A DNA stretch of 64,000 nucleotides, taken from the NCBI GenBank assembly GCA_964642015.1, contig CAZXLF010000002.1, forward strand, positions 287,678-351,677, read 5' to 3'. This DNA comes from an uncultured Planctomycetia bacterium (GTDB taxonomy: Bacteria > Omnitrophota > Gorgyraeia > 2-02-FULL-51-18). A program made the translations under genes and the position numbers. This document shows positions 59,886-64,000 of the stretch, one piece after another; the first letter of the stretch is position 1; each line of letters starts with the position of its first letter. The notes under the pieces are model-generated. The model was not told where the DNA came from. It worked only from the letters and a program-made list of their open reading frames with translations, and ran no database searches.

Positions 59886-61511
59886 TTAGGATGACAGTGG
59901 AGCTGGTAAAGTTACCGTGATACTCGTCCCTTTTAAATTTTCACTCCCTACCTCGATCTTCCCGCCATGCTTTGTAATGATCCCGTGAACGATAGAAAGT
60001 CCTAGGCCTGTCCCGTCTTCCTTAGTGGAGAAGAAAGGATCAAAGATATGCTCTAGTTGGTCTTTGGGGATGCCTGAACCGGTGTCGGAGATAGTTATCA
60101 GCAGACAGGAGTCAGTAGACAGCAGACTCGTGCCAACACTCAACATCCCGCCATTGGGCATAGCTTGGATGCTATTGATGAAGATATTCAGGAAGGCCTG
60201 CTTCAGCTGGTTTTTGTCCACTGCGATGACAGGACGGATCTTGTAGTTTTTGGTAACTTCTATCTTGTTCTTCAAAAGATTACTATTTAGCAAATTCAAT
60301 GTATCATCCAATATATCTGTGATGGATTCGGGCTTAAGCTCAAGCTCTTTAGGTTTTGAAAACTCCAAAAGCTGCTTCACAATGTTATTTACTCGATCTA
60401 CTTCATCCACGACTATCCTTGAGAACTTCTCTCTAAAACCGGGATCATCATACTTTTGAGGCAGATACTCGGCAAAGGTCTTGATGGACGTGAGAGGATT
60501 CTTTATCTCATGAGCCATGCCTGCAGCTAAGGTAGCTACGGCTTTCATTTGATCAGCTTTTTGGACGAAGCCCTTTAATTTGATATTTTCTTCCATGATT
60601 TTTTCAGGGTCTATTTTGAAGAAATATTTATCCAAGACTTTTTGAATTTTTGATCTCAACGGATTAAAGACAATAGCAATGACCAAAGATGCGATGATGG
60701 CAATGAATATTGAGCGATAACCTATATATGATTGGAAAATATATTCGCTAATCAGAATTATTGAGAGATAAATAAAAGTTAAAATAAATATGAGCAAAGA
60801 ATAAACAAAACTTCTTCGGATGATAATATCAACGTCAAGTAGTTTGTGCCTGACGATTGCGTATGTGGTTATAGTGGCAAAACCTGTAACAAGGATATAG
60901 CCAAAAGGATAGATCTCTAGACCGAATTTTGGTAAGTAATCGGCAGCTCCAATAATAAAAATACATAGAGATATCGCGTAATATTTAAAGCGCTGGTAAT
61001 CATCCACATTCAAATCTTTATAAGCTATCTTGGCGGTGCCATAGAAAACAACGATGCATCTAACCGCAATGAAAAATGTCCAAAATGCATAAATGATCAT
61101 CAATGGACCGCCTATTGGATAATAACCCCAATAGTGTTTAATAAGTCGAGGCAGATAAGAGGGTAGTGTCCAAACTAAAATAGAGGAAGTCATAGCATAT
61201 ACCAGCCCGAAACCAGCTAATATAACATCTATTTTTTTCTTATAAGATCCAACAATAGCTAACATAAAGAAATAAACGGCTGGTGAAACATAAATAGCGG
61301 ATGTATGGCCCACTTTTCCAAAGATCATCGCGTCGTAATAATTATTCATTGAATACATAACACCATAGGAAAATAACCACATAAAACTGAAAAATGTCAG
61401 GAGAAAGCAGGCTTGGTTTTTTTTAGATCTAGGATTTGAAATAAGAACAAATATACCCAGCGAAAGTGTATATATTGAAACAACAAAATTCGGGATAGAG
61501 TATGGGTTCAT
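59886..61511 (-). CDS. membrane sensor histidine kinase, paralog A
   Basis: 541 aa. About 8 N-terminal TM helices. H-box AAGMAHEIKNPLTSI. HATPase_c with DTGSGIPKD and GTGLGLSIVHGII. Confidence 0.85.
   Translation of the reverse strand: MNPYSIPNFVVSIYTLSLGIFVLISNPRSKKNQACFLLTFFSFMWLFSYGVMYSMNNYYDAMIFGKVGHTSAIYVSPAVYFFMLAIVGSYKKKIDVILAGFGLVYAMTSSILVWTLPSYLPRLIKHYWGYYPIGGPLMIIYAFWTFFIAVRCIVVFYGTAKIAYKDLNVDDYQRFKYYAISLCIFIIGAADYLPKFGLEIYPFGYILVTGFATITTYAIVRHKLLDVDIIIRRSFVYSLLIFILTFIYLSIILISEYIFQSYIGYRSIFIAIIASLVIAIVFNPLRSKIQKVLDKYFFKIDPEKIMEENIKLKGFVQKADQMKAVATLAAGMAHEIKNPLTSIKTFAEYLPQKYDDPGFREKFSRIVVDEVDRVNNIVKQLLEFSKPKELELKPESITDILDDTLNLLNSNLLKNKIEVTKNYKIRPVIAVDKNQLKQAFLNIFINSIQAMPNGGMLSVGTSLLSTDSCLLITISDTGSGIPKDQLEHIFDPFFSTKEDGTGLGLSIVHGIITKHGGKIEVGSENLKGTSITVTLPAPLSS
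59943..60566. repeat. ~625-bp near-identical duplicate (copy 1) covering the HisKA/HATPase_c-coding 3' part of kinase A
   Basis: Base-by-base comparison with 61554-62186 shows only scattered mismatches. The + strand ORFs 60025..60246 and 61638..61859 translate identically except I/M and a few residues. Confidence 0.85.
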
Positions 61512-63130
61512 GTTTTAAGAAAAGATATTTTAAATATTGTGTGTTTATTTATTTCACTTCCTACCTCGATCTCTCCGCCATGCTTAGTAATGATCCCATG
61601 AACGATAGAAAGTCCTAGGCCTGTCCCGTCTTCCTTAGTGGAGAAGAAAGGATCAAAGATATGCTCTAGTTGGTCTTTGGGGATGCCTGAACCGGTGTCG
61701 GAGATAGTTATCAGCAGACAGGAGTCAGTAGACAGCAGACTCGTGCCAACACTCAACATCCCGCCATTGGGCATGGCCTGGATGCTGTTGATGAAGATAT
61801 TGAGGAACGCCTGCTTTAGCTGGTTCTTATCGACGGAAATAGTAGGGGTGTATTTGTAGTTCTTTACCACCTCTATTTTGTTCTTTAAGAGATTGCTGTT
61901 CAGTAGATTAAGCGTATCATCCAATATATCCGTAATGGATTCTGGCTTAAGCTCAAGCTCTTTAGGTTTTGAAAACTCCAAAAGCTGCTTTACAATGTTA
62001 TTTACTCGATCTACTTCATCCACGACAATCCTTGAGAACTTCTCTCTAAAACCGGGATCATCATACTTTTGAGGCAGATACTCGGCAAAGGTCTTGATGG
62101 ACGTGAGAGGATTCTTTATCTCATGAGCCATGCCTGCAGCTAAGGTAGCTACAGCTTTCATTTGATCGGCTTTTTGGACAGTTTCCATAAGTTTCATGTT
62201 CTGTTCCGCCAATTCTACAGGAGAGGCTTTAAAAAAAATTTGGTTTAATGATTTCATCAAAAAATTGTGAAGAGGTATAAAAACGATAGAGATGATTAAA
62301 GTGACGAGATAAGTAAAAAATATTGATGAGTGTCCAAAATATATTTTCGAAAGAGCATTAGCTGCGAGAATTAAAAATATCAGGACGAATGATATCAAGC
62401 TGAAGATAGCGGAATATAAAAAACCTTTTTTAATGGCGAGGTTTATATCCATCAATCGATGTTTAATGATTGCATAAAAAGTAATCACCGAAAATAAGAT
62501 CATGAATATAAACCCAAGCGGGTAATAATCTACACCGTAAGTCGATAAGTAATCAGTAGATCCGCACAGGGCAATTGCAAATGTGAAAAACACATATTTA
62601 ATTTTATTAGCAAAATCCGTATTTTGTTCCTTATGCTTTTTATAAGCTTGATATAGCTCGATAAAAGAAGTTGTGAAGACGCCGAAGAAAAAAATTAAGT
62701 AAATGCCATGCAGCCAGTTGGCTCGACTGGAGTAGCCCCATGGATAATGAATATTTCCGCTTAATAACATTCTTGAAAACCATAGGAATAAAATAAATAT
62801 GAGCGATACGATATAAAAATATTTTAAAATTCTGTGGCGGCTTTTTAACTCTAAGAAATTAATGATGAAGCCATAATAAAAGACGGGAATCAGAACAACG
62901 CCTGTATATAAGATTTTGCTGAATATAAATGCGTCGGATTCGTAGGCCATCAAATTCATTAAAGAAAAACCCATTTGCCAAACCATGCAGGCCAGTGCAA
63001 AGAGAGCAAAGTATTTGTTGGTCGATGAATATGGATTTTTATAAAAAGCGAATAGACCTAGAAATAATACGATGAGCGAACTAAAAAATGGTGGAGCAGC
63101 GTAAGGTATTAAAGAAGTTTCAATCCTCAT
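61508..63130 (-). CDS. membrane sensor histidine kinase, paralog B (tandem with A, overlapping stop/start)
   Basis: 540 aa. Same architecture as paralog A. The C-terminal ~210 aa are almost identical to A. The N-terminal TM sensor is only about 40% identical. Confidence 0.85.
   Translation of the reverse strand: MRIETSLIPYAAPPFFSSLIVLFLGLFAFYKNPYSSTNKYFALFALACMVWQMGFSLMNLMAYESDAFIFSKILYTGVVLIPVFYYGFIINFLELKSRHRILKYFYIVSLIFILFLWFSRMLLSGNIHYPWGYSSRANWLHGIYLIFFFGVFTTSFIELYQAYKKHKEQNTDFANKIKYVFFTFAIALCGSTDYLSTYGVDYYPLGFIFMILFSVITFYAIIKHRLMDINLAIKKGFLYSAIFSLISFVLIFLILAANALSKIYFGHSSIFFTYLVTLIISIVFIPLHNFLMKSLNQIFFKASPVELAEQNMKLMETVQKADQMKAVATLAAGMAHEIKNPLTSIKTFAEYLPQKYDDPGFREKFSRIVVDEVDRVNNIVKQLLEFSKPKELELKPESITDILDDTLNLLNSNLLKNKIEVVKNYKYTPTISVDKNQLKQAFLNIFINSIQAMPNGGMLSVGTSLLSTDSCLLITISDTGSGIPKDQLEHIFDPFFSTKEDGTGLGLSIVHGIITKHGGEIEVGSEINKHTIFKISFLKT
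61554..62186. repeat. ~630-bp near-identical duplicate (copy 2) in kinase B
   Basis: See copy 1. Identity stops abruptly at both ends (the extreme C-termini ...ENLKGTSITVTLPAPLSS and ...EINKHTIFKISFLKT differ). Confidence 0.85.
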
Positions 63131-63161
63131 TTATTGAGGCAGGGAAGAACAAGCATTTAAA

Positions 63162-63530
63162 CTATAAAACCTGCGCGACGGCTTTCAAAATTTGCTTCGA
63201 CTCGAATGGCTTTGGAATGTAATCCGCCGCGCCGTTTTTGATCGCTTCCTGCGCGGTCTCGACACTCTGGTAGCCGGTCACGATAATGACGGGAAGTTTT
63301 GGTTTCAGCTTTTTGATCTGTTTTAAGACCTCAAGGCCGTTGATCTTTGGCATCTTAATATCTAAAAGCATCGCGTCCGGTGTGAAAGTTTTTAAAAGGT
63401 CGATGGCCTGAAGTCCATTGCTCACGAATTTGAGCTGATAGTTATCGGATAAAATTAGCTTGAAGGATTCACGGATGCCTTCTTCGTCGTCGCACACTAG
63501 TAATATAGGTTTTTTATTCGAAACGGTCAT
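63162..63530 (-). CDS. single-domain response regulator (REC only)
   Basis: PILLVCDDEEG...MLLDIKMP...IVTGY...ADYIPKP. Start placed at the internal Met (MTVSNKK), which is preceded on the minus strand by an AAGGAGG RBS. Confidence 0.8.
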   Translation of the reverse strand: MTVSNKKPILLVCDDEEGIRESFKLILSDNYQLKFVSNGLQAIDLLKTFTPDAMLLDIKMPKINGLEVLKQIKKLKPKLPVIIVTGYQSVETAQEAIKNGAADYIPKPFESKQILKAVAQVL

Positions 63531-63550
63531 GTGGGCCTCCTTATTTAAAT

Positions 63551-64000
63551 TGAGCACCAGAACACTAGAGCACCAGCGCGCTGAAACACCAGAATGCTAG
63601 ACACTAGTTAAAGGCTTTTATAGAATCTCCATAAGAGATTTCCGACCTCTTTTCTTAGGCCTTGCAATTTGTTGTGTTCGTTTTGATCTAAATATTTCAA
63701 CCTTAATATGAAATCCAGCAAATATTCAGTTTCTGCCAGCGACCCTAATGCTATATTAACAAACTGTTTTAGCTCCCTTTTTCCTTGCCTTCCATAACCT
63801 TCGACTATATTTGCAGGCACTGATAGAGAGGCTCGTCTGATTTGAGAAATAAGTCCGTACGTTTCTTCTTTGGGCAATGATTTTGTAGAGATATAAATTT
63901 GATAGGCCAGTTCATCAGCTTTTTGCCATACGATCAGTTTTCTGTACCCGTTTGCTATTACTTTTTCTTCTGGTGCTCTAGTAGCCAAGTGCTCTGGTGT
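63551..64000. repeat. inverted CACCAG-rich repeats bracketing the second four-helix-bundle gene
   Basis: 63551-63600 has GAGCACCAGAACACTAGAGCACCAGCGCGCTGAAACACCAGAATGCTAG. 63961-64000 has TCTGGTGCTCTAGTAGCCAAGTGCTCTGGTGT, whose reverse complement contains ACTAGAGCACCAGAAG. They share a 13-bp inverted match ACTAGAGCACCAG, and the CACCAG unit is repeated 4 times at one end and 2 times at the other. The right copy lies in the first codons of the gene. The window ends here, so the element may be truncated. Confidence 0.5.
63608..63988 (-). CDS. four-helix-bundle protein (23S rRNA intervening-sequence protein family), second copy
   Basis: YRKLIVWQKADELAYQIY...SLPKEETYGLISQIRRASLSVPANIVEGYGRQ...EYLLDFILRLKYL is the canonical family pattern. 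Probable TTG start. Confidence 0.75.
   Translation of the reverse strand: MATRAPEEKVIANGYRKLIVWQKADELAYQIYISTKSLPKEETYGLISQIRRASLSVPANIVEGYGRQGKRELKQFVNIALGSLAETEYLLDFILRLKYLDQNEHNKLQGLRKEVGNLLWRFYKSL

Overview
The window is a bacterial chromosomal segment, moderately AT-rich, with genes densely packed on the + strand. Gene order from left to right:

1. 1-6.7 kb: the 3' end of the ribosomal spc/alpha operons (rplO partial, secY, adk, map, infA, rpmJ, rpsM, rpsK, rpsD, rpoA, rplQ), ending in a clear intrinsic terminator.
2. 6.8-13.8 kb: central metabolism genes (two class-I aminotransferases, an NAD-IDH-like dehydrogenase, lpdA, lipA, a GT2 glycosyltransferase).
3. 13.9-19.1 kb: a strong cobalamin-riboswitch match with a terminator attenuator, upstream of a BtuB-like TonB-dependent receptor, a TonB-like gene and a GT39/TPR membrane protein.
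4. 19.2-27.7 kb: gap-pgk-tpiA-secG and a five-gene Opp/Dpp-type ABC importer.
5. 27.8-34.9 kb: a FecR-like secreted protein with a putative beta-barrel partner, then glgC, thiG, an IPMDH-family dehydrogenase, asd and truA.
6. 35.2-46.0 kb: a giant gene of 3353 codons with a sigma70-like promoter, encoding a secreted multidomain protein (YD-like repeats, two LamG-like domains, coiled coil, DUF4214 motif, C39-like peptidase-like domain with a degenerate nucleophile, long Gly/Ala/Ser-rich hydrophobic segment, C-terminal GxSxG alpha/beta-hydrolase-like region). It is translationally coupled to a small secreted protein. I read this pair as a candidate polymorphic toxin/immunity or giant adhesin system.
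7. 48.3-54.8 kb: an apparent operon forming an orphan lipid/polyketide-like cassette. It comprises an excisionase-family HTH gene, fabG, a KS-like gene lacking the Cys-His-His triad (CLF-like), an active KS, an ACP, a CrtI-like FAD oxidoreductase and a SAM-methyltransferase-like gene.
8. 54.9-64.0 kb: a signalling island with three membrane histidine kinases, three REC-only response regulators, a GAF-HD-GYP protein and two four-helix-bundle (23S rRNA IVS protein family) genes. Two of the kinases are tandem paralogs with near-identical 3' halves. The two four-helix-bundle genes are each bracketed by inverted repeats. A 300-bp GIY-YIG nuclease gene sits between 13-14-bp inverted repeat arms.

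No CRISPR array, tRNA or rRNA gene was found.
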